Shown: positions 14,186-26,718 of the stretch, piece after piece
How positions within the stretch are numbered: the first letter of the stretch is position 1
Layout of the letters: every line of letters starts with the position of its first letter
Assembly: GCF_020745735.1 (NCBI RefSeq)
Contig: NC_083406.1
Location: 79,089,164 to 79,153,163 of the forward strand
Direction: 5' to 3'
Length of the DNA: 64,000 bases
Source of the DNA: Hemiscyllium ocellatum
Lineage: Eukaryota
The notes under the pieces: generated by a model
The model's database searches: none
What the model was told of the DNA's origin: nothing
What the model saw: the letters and a program-made list of their open reading frames with translations, nothing else
Made by a program: the position numbers and the translations under genes

Positions 14186-14700
14186 CATATTAGGACATGT
14201 TGTTCATGTAACAGACATTGTAGCAGATTTGCAAAAGACCAATCCATCACCTAGAGACATCATGGAACTGCATGCTTCCAAATGCATAGTCAACAATGTG
14301 GTCAAATATTGATTAAATCTTGTAACAATTGCTCAGATAGGATCAAGCATGGTGTTGAACGACATCAATGAAAGTCCTTTGAAGAAGTAAAAGAAACACT
14401 TATCTCGTCAGTTATTCCAGCTCATTACAAGCCAGCCCTAGCAACAGTCGTAGCAGCAGATGTATTATCCGTTAGAATCCAAATCCAGAAAGAATGAAAA
14501 CTGAAGCCAGTCTGCTATGTCATTGTTATAATTAGCAAAGGTACACTCTGATTGATTTGATTGTGAAAGAAGCGCAGCTGGCTACAATAGCTTATGATCA
14601 CTTTCAAAGGGCCTGTGAAGAAGATTGAAGAGGTTTGTGAAATAGCCATAATGTTTATCTCTGAGGCAGAGATTTTGGGGGAAGGTGTATTGTGATGCAA
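14186..14700 (+). pseudogene. Decayed Ty3/Gypsy pol (RT end and RNase H), right of the PLE insertion
   Basis: LGHVV...IVAD, SFEEVKETLISSVIPAHYKPALATVVAAD, then a KEA-like motif; continues the 11330-11969 remnant. Confidence 0.6.
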
Positions 14701-15534
14701 GCATTGTGTAAAGACAGTGACTAGGCTAGTTCAGGAGATATAGACTAATGGGTTAATAGACAAATACGAAGGTTTATAGTGATGCTAGTAGTGATGTAGA
14801 TCACATCACATAATGTAAACATACTACAGTCTAGGCCTTGTGTTAAGTTTCAATGGAAGAAATAATTCATAGAACGTCAAATAAAAAATATTAAAACAAA
14901 ACTAACTCACTCATAGGTTTCATTCATGGGCTTCCTAATGTCTGCTGAAAATATTAGGAAGCTAATGGCTGACAGATCCTCTGGTTCAATGACCTGAATC
15001 TTGGGGTGTTTAAAAAGGTGGCTGTAACAATATTGGATGCATCAGTTGCAATTTTCCAAAGTTTCCCTGATTCTGAAAAGTTCCAATGGATTTGAACCAC
15101 GAACTATTGTACCATCTCTGGCATCTTCCTTTGCCCTCATTCTTTTTCACTTTGTGTTTATGGGAGTACCTGACATGTTTCAGAACTGTTATTTGTCACA
15201 TCTTTGTACTTCAGCATCAGTGTTTAGCCCTCATTACTTCTGTTGTTCCACGTTTTTCCTTTGTTACCAATCTTTCACATTGGTAAGTATATATGCGATA
15301 CATTTTTCCCGTCTGGTTTGAATTTTCAAAAACATCTTTTTAATGTTAGCTTAGACTATGTGTGTGATATTGGATCTAGTGAATATGCAGAATCCTACTG
15401 CCGATTTTGAAAGGGCCTTTGTTAACGATTAGGGCATATTGTAGTCTTCTATTTTCTCATCTGTTTCTGTTGCCTAATGCAATTTTTATTTTAAAATTTG
15501 TGATGTTGAATGCATACTCTTTTATTTACAATAG

Positions 15535-15655
15535 GATCTGAAAACAGAGGCAGAGAGGATCCACCGTACCAATATTGTCATCTGCACTCCTGGTCGTCTT
15601 CTGCAGCACATGGATGAAACTACGTACTTTCATGCTTCTGATCTACAAATGCTTG
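15535..15655 (+). CDS. DDX10: DDX10 exon 5: motif Ib (TPGRLLQHM)
   Basis: caatag acceptor, gtatgt donor, 121 bp; DLKTEAERIHRTNIVICTPGRLLQHMDETTYFHASDLQML (not in the ORF track). Confidence 0.96.
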
Positions 15656-15663
15656 GTATGTGC

Positions 15664-16957
15664 GATTTGGAGATGCTGGTGTTGGACTGGGGTGTACGAA
15701 GTTAAAAATCACACAATACCAGGTTATAGTCCAACAGGTTTAATTGGAAGCACACTAGCTTTCGGAGCGTTGCTCCTTCATCAGGTGGTAGTGGAGGGCT
15801 CAATCCTAACACACAGAATTTATAGCAAAAATTTACAGTGTGATGTAACTGAAATTATATATTGAAAAATTGATTCTGTTAAGCCTTTCATCTGTTAGAA
15901 TCCAGTGATAGTTTCACTTCTTTCATGTGTAAATCACAAAACCTTTTTTAAGAAGTTGCATTCTCAGGTTAGCTGTTAACAATGGTGATAGCTAGACAAT
16001 ATGTTGAAGGTGTTAGTCCCCTGTGTTCTCTGTCTGTGCCATGATGTTTAGATTGATTCTAACCTAAAAAGTGAGATAATGGAGTTTTACATGAATTCGT
16101 ACAGTTTTTGAGCAAAGTACAATGTAACCCTGCAAGTACAAATTCACTCCACAAAATATGTGTGCGTGTGGGTCTTTGTCTGTGTGTGTGTGTCTGTCTG
16201 TCTAGGTTGGGGGTTGTGAGTGTGAGAAAGCGTGTGTATTTGTGTGGAGTGAGTGCAGAGTGTCTTAAGTCTGTGGGGGGGGTGGGGGGGGGGGTGCATG
16301 TGTGAGTGTGGGTGTCTAAGGGTGTGCGCGTGTCTGTGTATATGTGTGTCCATGTGTATAGGTGTGAGTGTGAGGTGCATAGTGCAAAGGTGGTCACCTG
16401 TAATGTGACAGTTGATGGTCACCTGAAGGTCTGACCTCGGACCTTCAGGTAACCGACCTCCAAGGCGGACTTTGGGACAGGCAGCAGTGAAAAGTGGCTG
16501 AGCAGAGGCTGATAGCGAAGTTCGGTACCCATAGGGAGGGCCTCAACTGGGACCTTGGGTTCATGTCACATTACAGGTGACCACCATTGCATTATACACA
16601 CACACAGATACTCTTACACACCACACACACACACACTCTCTCTCACACAGGCACTTCTAGACACACATACACACGGACACACATATACACAGACACCCAC
16701 ACACACTCACATGCACCCCCTCACAGACTTAAGACACTCTGCACTCACTACACGCACACATACGCTTTCTCACACTCACAACCCCCGACCCAGACAGACA
16801 GACCCACATGCACACACATATTTTGTGGGGTGAATTTGTACTTGCAGGGTTACATTGTTCTTTGTTCAAAAACTGCATGAATTCATGTAAAACTCCATTA
16901 TCTCACGTCTTGGATTAGAATCGATCTAAATATCATGGCATAGACAGAGAATACAGG
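15664..16957. mobile_element. Penelope-like element family B with inverted pLTR arms (16020-16410 / 16564-16957)
   Basis: ~390-bp imperfect inverted repeat with (CA)n/(TG)n tracts; the spacer encodes a GIY-YIG end, KVAEQRLIAKFGTHREGLNWDLGFMSHYR. Confidence 0.85.
15753..15787 (-). ncRNA. Minimal type I hammerhead ribozyme (PLE family B)
   Basis: Minus strand CAC-CUGAUGA-A-GGAGC(AAC)GCUCC-GAAA-GC-UA-GUG: stem I CAC/GUG, palindromic AGCU stem III, CUA cleavage triplet. Confidence 0.82.
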
Positions 16958-16960
16958 AAA

Positions 16961-17698
16961 AAGCTGAAAATGTGTTGCTAGTTAAAGTACAGCAGGTTAG
17001 GCAGCATCCAAGGAATAGGAAATTCGACGTTTCGGGCATAAGCCCTTCATCAGGAATGAGGAGAGTGTGCCAAGCAGGCTAAGATAAAAGGTAGGGAGGA
17101 GGGACTTGGGGGAGGGGCGATGGAGATGTGATAGGTGGAAGGAGGTCAAGGTGAGGGTGATAGGCCGGAGTGGGGTGGGGGCGGAGAGGTCAGGAAGAAG
17201 ATTGCAGGTTAGGAGGGCGGTGCTGAGTTGAGGGAACCGACTGAGACAAGGTGGGGGGAGGGGAAATGAGGAAACTGGAGAAATCTGAGTTCATTCCTTG
17301 TGGTTGGAGGGTTCCCAGGCAGAAGATGAGATGCTCCTCCTCCGGCCATCGTGTTATGTTCTGCCGGTGGAGGAGTCCAAGGACCTGCATGTCTTCGGTG
17401 GAGTGGGAGGGAGAGTTAAAGTGTTGAGCCACGGGGTGGTTGGGTTGGTTGGTCCGGGCGTCTCCACTCCCGGCACCTTCCCCTGCAACCGCAGGAAATG
17501 TAAAACTTGCACCCACACCTCCTCCCTCACTTCCCTCCAAGGCCCCAAGGGATCCTTCCATATCCGCCACAAGTTCACCTGTACCTCCACACACACCGTC
17601 TATTGTATCCGCTCTGCACCCGATGTGGCCTCCTCTATATTGGGGAGACGGGCCGCTTACTTGCGGAACGCTTCAGAGAACACCTCTGGGACACCCGG
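16961..17698 (-). mobile_element. Penelope-like element family A with 5' inversion
   Basis: 16961-17464 is the reverse complement of about 1622-2128; 17465-17698 is + oriented and encodes the upstream part, PGTFPCNRRKCKTC...VYCIR/CTRCGLLYIGETGR. Confidence 0.9.
17022..17057 (-). ncRNA. Minimal type I hammerhead ribozyme (family A), antisense to DDX10
   Basis: Exact reverse complement of 2033-2068. Confidence 0.88.
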
Positions 17699-18564
17699 GA
17701 ACAACAATTTTTTTTTTGCTGTTTAGGAAGACTATGTTGATTGGTTGACAAGTGGACTCTGAATTGACAGAGCATTGCAGTAAAGAATATACTAGTTTGA
17801 TGATTGACAGTTAACTGTTAAGCTTTATTTAGATTTAAACAAAGCAGTTTGATTCTGGTTGAGGTATTGCCCTGAAGAATAAACCATTAATAGACAACAA
17901 TGGTTTTCATTGAAGCAGACAAGTGTGTGTGCATGTTCTTTCTTCCTGTGAAGAACAGAGCTTGTATATTCATATATGTCACTTCTAATAAATGTGCCAT
18001 TCTGTAAACCCAAGTGACAAATTTAAATTGTTGTCAGTGTAATTCTTGACATACTTGGAATTATTTAGCAAATATTATCCAATTATCAAATGACCACTAT
18101 GGGTAACTGAATCAAACCATTTAAGGCCAGCTAACAACTTTTACCACCAAATTCCAATGGTGTTAGTAAATAGTAATCAGCTAATAATATACAAGTTTTC
18201 TTCTGCTTTAAGTCAATTTTTTTTTGGCCTGTTGCTTTCTGGGTTTTGCCTTTGTGCATTTTAAATTGCCTTTTATTTGACTTCTAAAAAATGTGTAAAA
18301 TTGACTGGGTGATTTATTTTCTTCGACACCCTGCATTTGTGGCAAAATCCTTAGCTTTCACTCTGTTTCCCACAATGCGCTTGATATTAAGAATTCTTCA
18401 TGTGGTAATTGAAGCCATTGAATGGCATCTCAACATTATTAGGCTGTAGATAATGATGCTCAGAAACATGGAGGTTGACATGATTTGGAATGAAGTTCTC
18501 TGACTTGTTCAAGAGTAGGCCAGAAACTACAAACCGCAGAGGATGGTGCGGTTCTCTACAGAGG

Positions 18565-18870
18565 GCGTGATGGGTATTGCCACTAGACTATTAATCCATT
18601 GACGTAGATAATAATCTGGGGAGCTAGGTTGGAATTCCCCCATGGCACATGGAATTTGAATTCAATAACATCCGTAATTAAGAGTCTAATGATGACCAGA
18701 AAAGTGTTGTCAATTGTTGAAAAACTCTTCTGGTTTATTAATATCTTTATCCAGCCTGGCCTATATGTAACTCCAGACCCACAGCAATGTAGTTGACTTT
18801 TTTAATCGCTGCCGGGCAATTAGGTATAAGCAGTGAATGCTGGCCTAGCCAATACCACCACATTCTGTGA
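18565..18870 (+). mobile_element. Old SINE-like repeat (related copies at about 31100-31345 + and 50440-50890 -)
   Basis: Shared motif ctccagacccacagcaatgt.gttgact...gggcaat...tgctggcctagcc. Confidence 0.6.
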
Positions 18871-19879
18871 ATAATGTCTTTGAGAAAAAAAGTAAGCAAG
18901 GACCTCTACTGAAAAAAGGAAGACTCAATGAAAGGTTTTCACAGGAGTATTCTTGTAGTGTGAAGGAAAATCAGTTAAACAACAGATTTCATAATTGGTG
19001 TGAAGAAAAAGGTTTAAAGATGTTTGAGTTTCTGTACCTGAAATGCCTAATACCTGCTGAAGACTTTGAAGGTGCTGAAGAAAAGTTGTTTTAGCCTGAA
19101 TTATCTTGCCCGACCAGTGAAGTTACTCAAATGAAGACCTTCTGTATGAATTGTGACATGGAGTGTGCACAAAGTTAATACCATTTGACATTTCTGTACA
19201 GTATTGAAAGCTGGTTCTTGTGTGAAGTGTAGAAATTGAGCTTTTTGATTTCACAGTGTGACGTGTTGGAGATTTTATCTGAGAGCATCGAGTGACCCAA
19301 CACCGTATTAAAGTAAATTAGGCATCTGCATAACACGCACATTGCTGTGGGATGTTTGTACCGAAAACCTGTAGCCTGAGTAAGGTTTTGGAATAGCTTC
19401 AGTAGGGAGGCTAGAAGTGACACACTCAGAACCACAGCCTAGCGATTGGAATAGCTGGTGAGGGAGAATGTGTATTTGCTAACATTTATAATGTATGTGG
19501 CCAATCTAACCTTTTGATGTTATTGCTGTGTGTATACATAAAGCGTTGATGAATCCATTTACTATGGCCCTATTACTCTTTGAAAGAAAGACATTTTGTT
19601 TTTTTAATTTTCAGAGTCAATGCCACTGCAACTGTTAAAGGGAAAGTTGAACTTCATAAGTGGGGTCAATTGTATACAGGTTCCATTGTATAAATTGCAA
19701 AAACCTTGTCTGTATTTGAATATGTTTGCTTGTATCTGTCAGTTGCAAGAGTACAATAGAATTTGTAATGATTGATGTAGTAATGTGTAAAGGTTCAGTG
19801 GTGAAAGTGCACTGATTGGAGTAGTGTACTTAATCATTTGTCTTCATTGGAACATGGTTTTTGTTTTTTTTTGTTGCAG

Positions 19880-20069
19880 TCTTGGATGAAGCTGATAGAA
19901 TTTTGGACATGGGGTTTTCCGAAACGATGAATGCCATTGTAGAAAACCTCCCAAAGAAACGTCAGACTTTGCTTTTTTCGGCAACTCAAACTAAATCTGT
20001 TAAGGACTTGGCACGACTGAGTCTGAAAGACCCAGAATATGTATGGGTTCATGAAAATGCTAAATTCAG
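19880..20069 (+). CDS. DDX10: DDX10 exon 6: DEAD box and SAT motif
   Basis: ttgcag acceptor, gtaggt donor, 190 bp; [12 protein letters not shown]...[29 protein letters not shown]. Confidence 0.98.
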
Positions 20070-22064
20070 GTAGGTTCTTAATATTTTGCTTAATAATAAC
20101 GCTGCAAACTTGTAACAGATCCTCCAGACTTTTTTTCCCTTAAGAATTTTTGTCTAGTGCATGTTAATGTGGAGTGTCCTGTAAATATTCACAACTTGCC
20201 TCCTGCTTCAGGCATATGTTTTAATGCTGTATTGTTTGTACTTAAAAAACGCAAACAATGTAATTCCAATTTTAATGGAATTTAAGGTCATTTTCCAGAA
20301 AAAAAAATCCAGTACACTTATGTATCATCCCCTATCCTGTTTCTTGGGCTTTCATTTCTGCTCTTTGTCTTTTCCCCTTCTGTCTCATTTTGATTTTGTT
20401 CTTTCCCTTTCCCTTCGTATCTTTCTTGCTGTCTCTTTGTGCAGATTTGGTGCTGTCTGTCACTGCGTATTGGTTTATTTTATTTGCTGTTGAGTAGTAT
20501 TGAGTCCACTTGTGCTGGGGCAACAGAGTAGGTCAAATACATTTCTGAAATGGTGAAAGTCAGTGTTGAATTGAACGAAATGTAGATTGCAGAAAACCAT
20601 CAATTTCAATTAGATTGAATTTGTTGTTACCTTTCTAGAGGTTAAAACTTGTTACAGGTACATTAATTATTCTGTAATTAATTAATTCCTATTCAAAACA
20701 GCCTGTTTATTGTACACTCGCTCACCAACTGCTGAATCGTAAAAACATGCCTTGAATGTGACACTCGGATCTCTGAATATGTCTGGTTGTTGTACCATAT
20801 CAGCTGGCCATTTCATTGTAGATAGAGTTAGTACCATTTGAATGCCATATTCACTACTAACAAAAAAGTGTTTTAGCCTTTCTGGCTTTGGCAATTGTTT
20901 GTGAATTATTTTGGGGATTATTGAAGAGTAGATGCTGAAGAGATCATTTTCTGTAAAAGCTAATGGTATCTCAAAGGATTGCTTTGCAATGTGAAGAATG
21001 TGAACCTTAATTGGGTTTATTTACCTTTTGTATGCTTGTTGCATATTTCCTAAAGCAGTAAGTTCATGATTGTGTTGAGATTGCCACCTTTTCTCCCAAA
21101 TGCTTTAAGTTTGGCCATGCCACATTTAATTGTCTCATTCATGGGGCTGTGTCACATGAGGCTCTGATCTATTAAACAGTTGGTCTAATGACAGCCTCAT
21201 GATTTTTCCAGTTATTGATTTTAAGTGATAAACAAATGGCAGAGATTAACCTCTTCCCTCAGTGATCAGTTTCTGTTACCTTGAACTCCATACCAAAATT
21301 CTGAAGTTGTGTCTCAGTTTTATGATGACCCCTAATATAAAGGGAACAATGTTTTAATGGGTTGCTTTTTGAATTTGCAGACCACCTTATGTCTTAATAG
21401 TTTGTTCTGCAAATATTTATTCAGGTTTATGACATGTGAAACTTAAGTATTAATCTTGGCTTAAAAAATATGAATTTCAAAACATACCTTTCTTTTGTAT
21501 ATCTGAATGGATGGCTGAGTGTAAAACCGCATAAAAGTAAGTAAAAATGTGTTCTCATGCTGTGCAAGGTTGATGCTTAACACGATGGACAGACTTTTTT
21601 TATTCTTGCGATGGTTGTGAGCTAGCTGACAAGGCTAACATCTACTGTTCATCTCTTAAGTGCCCTGGAGGAGGCGGTGGTGAGCTGTTGCCTTGAACTG
21701 CTGCAGTTCATGACGTAGATAAACTTACAATCTTTTGACAAAACTGTTCTGCTAAGTGAGCTCAGACTAAAGATTAAGCAAACAAGGAGAGTTAAATTAG
21801 ATTCAAATAACAAATGTATTTTGGGATTTTATTTAATAAAACAAAATACATCAAATGACTGCAAAGCAGATGATTGTTTAGATAAATGATTTTGCAATGA
21901 AACTTCTATGTCATAGATGTCATGTCATGGTACACCTTTTGCAAAATTATTAACTTCCTTTAAGTGAATAATCTTGCTCAGCAGATGATTATTTAGATGT
22001 GTGTAATGTTTTAAGCCAGATTGTTCGCTTACTCAATAATTGGATAATACACAGTTATAGATTT

Positions 22065-23125
22065 AGTCACAGAGTCATACTGAATGGAAACAGACCTTTT
22101 GGTCCAAATCATTTACACTGAACAGACATCCCAGTCTGACCTAGTCCCATTTGTTAGCATTTGGCATGTATCTGTCTAAACCCTTCTTATTCATATACCC
22201 ATCCAGATGCTTTTTAAATGTTGTAATAATACTCACCACCACACTCTCTGGCAACTCGTTCCAGACATGCACCACCCTCTGCATGAAGAAGTTACCCCTC
22301 AGGTCCTTTTTAAAATTTCCCCTCTCGTCTTAAACCTATGTCCTCTAGTTTTGTATTCCCTCACCCTAGGAGGAAGACCTTGGCTATTCACCCTATTCAT
22401 GTCCCTCATGATTTTATAAATCTCTATGAAATCAGCCCTCAGTCTCTGCTCCAGGGAAAATAGCCCAGCCTAATCAGTCTTTTCTGCACCTTCTCAAGTT
22501 TAACAACCTTCGTATAGAAGGGTGACCAGAATTGAATGCAGTATTTCAAAAGTGGCCTCACCAATGTCCTGTACAGCCGTAACATGACCTCCCAATTCCT
22601 ATATTCACTTGTGATATAAGAAGGCAAGCATACCAAACACCTTCTTCACCACCCTGTCTACCTGTGACTCCACTTTTAAGGAACTACACAGTTGCGCCCC
22701 TGGCCTCTTCGTTCAGCAGCACTTCCCAGGGCCATACCATTAACTGGATTAGCCCTTGCGGATTTGCTTTACCAAAATGCAACATCTTACATTTATCTAA
22801 ATTAAACTCAATCTAGCACTCCTCGGCCCATTGATCAAGATCAGGTTATATTCGGACATAATCTGGACTGCCCCCAACACACCAATTTTGGTGTCATCTG
22901 CACATTTACTAACTATACCTCCCTATATTCTCATCCAAATCATTTATATAAATGACAAAAAGCAGTGAACCCAGCACTGATCTTTGCGGCACGCCGCTGG
23001 TCACAGGCCTCTGGTTCAAAAAAACTCCATAGGCAACCTCTGTCTCCTACCTTCAAGCCAATTTTAGATCCAGTTGGCTAGCTTCCCCTGAAACCCATTT
23101 GATTGAACCTTGCTAACCATTCTAC
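22065..23125 (-). mobile_element. CR1-type LINE 3' fragment
   Basis: Minus ORF EVMLRLYRTLVRPLLKYCIQFWSP; reverse complement of the 34300-35398 family. Confidence 0.9.
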
Positions 23126-23393
23126 CAGTTGTGATGCTTTGCACCCATTTACAGTATCAGTAGATACAATGGAGTAAAAGATCAGAAATGAGCAAATTGT
23201 GTCTTGGAATTGTATCTTGATTGAAAAAACATCTCAAACTGGGCAAAAGAGGGCATGTGGACTAAAAAGGAATAAAGGATGCCTCTTTGTTCTGTCAGTC
23301 GATTATTTTTTATATAAAAGCTATCAACTGTTGAGTTCCTGCTTCATACTTTATTTTCTGTACAAAGCCATTAAAAAGTATTTTCCTTTGCAG

Positions 23394-23520
23394 CACCCCT
23401 GGAACACTGGAACAGAATTATGTGGTCTGTGAGTTGCACCAGAAAATTAACATGTTGTTCTCCTTTGTGAAGAGTCACCTGAATAAGAAGATAATTGTCT
23501 TTTTTTCAAGTTGTAAAGAG
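23394..23520 (+). CDS. DDX10: DDX10 exon 7: motif IV region
   Basis: ttgcag acceptor, gtgggt donor, 127 bp; TPGTLEQNYVVCELHQKINMLFSFVKSHLNKKIIVFFSSCKE. Confidence 0.96.
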
Positions 23521-24538
23521 GTGGGTGCTGATATCAAAATACCAAATTATTTCTGCGTACCCATTTTCTGACTTCCCCATTATCCACAGTGCTGCAATGT
23601 AACTGAGAGATACTTCAGTATGGTAACCTCTTTGCGAGCAGTCCCTGATCCCTGAGCACACACTGGCAACAAATATTCTCTGCCAGTTTTTATCATATCT
23701 ACAATCTACCATTTGCTGTTCGTGGGAAGACTGAAAGCCTGTATGGAGTTGTTTTGCATATGAGCTGAACTGGCTGGCAGCCTTGGCCAGAAAAAAAGTT
23801 GACCACAGGGAAAATGCAAGTAGTCTTGGTGCAGGTTTTCTAGGCCTCTGCATGAACAATTGAAAAAGCTAGCTGACTGCTTCACAAATCACTGAATATC
23901 TGTGACGAGAGGATTTAGTTTTCACAGAAACTGAAACCAACTGAGGAATATATTTCCAAAATGCTGGTTTAAAATTCTGAAATCCCGTGTAATTAAAAGA
24001 AATTTAATCTGTTATAAAATGTTTTCTAGAGGAAGTTGCCTTTGTCATGGACATTTATTCAGGATTGTTTTTACTTATGTTTTTGACTTTTTCTGATTAA
24101 AGAGATTTTTGTAGTTCTGAATTTAAATGGGGTAAGAATTAGAGTTGGTTTCTTGTTTGGATAATGTGAAGCTTGATGCTGCATGTTTGCATAGTTTGAC
24201 TTTTTAATTAAAATAGAGCACCAAACATTCATGTGTTAGAATTGTTAAAGATTGTGCAGTTTACTGCATTGAGTGATTGGTTTGAAGAAATGCCACACAT
24301 TGCAAGCATGGATATAGTCCTGTTTGGGGGTGAAGGATATATTTGTTTAACCGTTGGCCTGAGTTATTTAAATGCCGTTTGATAGGAGCCCGCCTGCTAT
24401 CCTTACATTGAAATCTTTAAAAATTTGTATTTTTCAGCTTTCAGTTCACAAAATGTAAATCACAATTAACATTTTTTAATAGTAGTGCTTTGGGATTTGA
24501 CGATTTATTGAGTCATCCACTCTTTTTCTATATATTAG

Positions 24539-24701
24539 GTCCAGTATCTATTCCGTGTATTTTGTCGTCTACGTCCTGGTATTCCAATTCTTGCTCTTTA
24601 CGGCAAGCAACAGCAGATGAAACGAGTTGAGGTCTACAATGACTTTTGCAGAAAAAAGGCTGCTGTATTATTTGCAACAGATATTGCTGCTCGAGGACTG
24701 G
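24539..24701 (+). CDS. DDX10: DDX10 exon 8: motifs IVa and V (ATDIAARGL)
   Basis: tattag acceptor, gtatga donor, 163 bp; VQYLFRVFCRLRPGIPILALYGKQQQMKR...LFATDIAARGL. Confidence 0.97.
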
Positions 24702-25951
24702 GTATGAATAAAAGCATAAGATAATTTCAGTCTTTTGTTTGAAGTTTCTTTCTTAGCTGTTGGGCTTTTGAAAGGCTAGTTTTTGTAATGCCCAATATTC
24801 TATTCTCAATACTGTTCACTCAAATTATTTTCTCCCTAGTGTTTGTTCGTGCATGTATTCAACTTCTCTTCTACTTTAACCCCTCCAATAATCTCCTCCT
24901 TCCCAGTTCTCCTGTTCACACCATGATAACCAAAATGGAACAGCTTTCATGCTTCTGCTTGTTATCTGTAAAACGCTGATGTTTTCATCTGAGATTATTT
25001 TACCCCTAGTTGGCTGGATTATAGTGAGTTTCCTATTATTGACATGTTTTGGTAATGCATTAAACATTGCGACCCCGATTTGAGTGTTGATTTAATTTAT
25101 TTGATTACATAGGCAAGTACAGAATTGGAAAAGATCACAGCAGAGTAAAAGTGTTTGAGAAACTTGATGGCCTAAATCTGACAAACCATCAGTTTTGATC
25201 CTAGAGATCTGATCCGTGAGTTCTAAAAGAAACAGCTGCAGATTAGGTCATGATTCCTAAATGACAATGACTGCTGGAGTCTCAACCAAAAACAAAGTAT
25301 TCATTTAACTCTTGAGTTTGTTGTTCTCTCGTCTGTTTGAGAATGGATTCACATTATCGTTTCTGATTCCGTCAGGTTTTTCATTAACATTTTTTTTCAT
25401 TTTCTCTGCATTTACTATTCTTTGTGCAATTTGTTGCTACACTTATCATGTAGGTCTGTTCGGGTCTATTTGTGCCTTTTGGAAAAATACTTTGGTTGGC
25501 CACAACAGGCCTAAAAGTGAAGTTTTCTTGACACATAACCCAAATGAACCTGAATAGACCTGTAGACATACTGAGTTCAGGCTTCTGGGGTTAAACTGCA
25601 AGCTTTTTGGGTCCACTTAGACCTGGATGTAGGTTTGCTCGCTGAGCTGGAAGGTTCATTTCTAGATGTTTCATCACCCAATTAGATAACATCTTCACTG
25701 GGCCTCCAGGTGAAGCACTGTACATGATTCCTGCTTTGTGTTTATATGTTTGGGTTTCTTTGGGTTGGTGATGTCATTTCCTGTTCTTTTTCTCAGGGGG
25801 CTGGTAGATGCATTCTAACTCGATGTGTTTGTTGATATAATCCACCCGGAACTCTTATCAACAAACACATCGAGTTAGACTGCATCTACTACCCCCTTGA
25901 GAAAAGAGAACAGGAAATGACATCACCAACCCAAAGAAATCCAAACATATA

Positions 25952-26635
25952 CAGTGGAAACTCGATTATCCAAATGTAATGGGCGGGCACTTTTTCGTTT
26001 GGATAATTGATTGTTCAGAAAATCTATGAAATGCCTTTCCTATGGGGCTCTGAGTTCTAATGACTGCTCCCTGTTCAGGAGACTGCAGCAACACAGCGTG
26101 CAAGGCCCCCCCTCCCCCAAACCACCACCACCACCACCAAGCCCGGTCCAGCTCTGCCCCCCCCCCCCCAATTCTTGTCCAACTCAACCCGGTCCAAACC
26201 TAATCCCATCCACCCCCGGTCCCTTTCCGGGCCATCCGGATTGGACACCAACAACAAGGCTGCTGCTGCCTTTTGTGAGGTATGCCTCCAAATACTGCAC
26301 AGACACAGCCACAGCCACACAACTTTTTACTGCAAATTCTTGACTGGTTCAATGTTTGCCCTGCACAGGACAATGTTGCAGAGATTATTCCTGGGAAGCG
26401 GGGAGGGGGGTGGTTAGGGTACACCCCTCCGTAGAACTCCAGGGAAAGTGTTGGGAGAGAGAGAGAGGCCGGGAGGTTAGTCATTTGGAGACTGTATCTG
26501 TTTAATCACTGTAAACAAAAGACGCAATCACTGTTGAAAACATGTCTGATGTAATGTTTCTATCGGGACCTCTAGATCTCCTTTGGATAATCTGATTTTT
26601 GGATAATTGGTATTCAGATAATCCAGGTTCCCCTG
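25952..26635. mobile_element. Non-autonomous Tc1/mariner (pogo/Tigger-like) DNA transposon
   Basis: TA duplication (25950-51, 26636-37); 24-bp imperfect TIRs cagtggaaactcgattatccaaat / caggggaacctggattatctgaat; splits the host repeat cleanly. Confidence 0.85.
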
Positions 26636-26678
26636 TAAATACAAAGCAGGAATCATGTATAGTGCTTGGTCTGGAGGC

Positions 26679-26718
26679 CCACTGAAGAGGTTACATAGTA
26701 GGGTGACAAAACATCTGG
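26679..26718 (+). ncRNA. Degenerate minimal hammerhead (Poseidon-type family); inverted partner at 25662-25701
   Basis: CCA-CUGAAGA-G-GUUAC(8 nt)GUGAC-aAAA-Ca-UC-UGG; two changes at CpG positions disable the core. Confidence 0.6.

Noticed and set aside
16059-16880. His/Thr-rich ORFs
   Set aside because: Translation of (CA)n/(TG)n tracts in PLE pLTRs
17090-17270. Functional G-quadruplex element
   Set aside because: G-runs are simply the reverse strand of the C-rich pLTR; no locus-specific evidence
26011-26343. Proline-rich protein ORF
   Set aside because: C-rich low-complexity interior of a MITE
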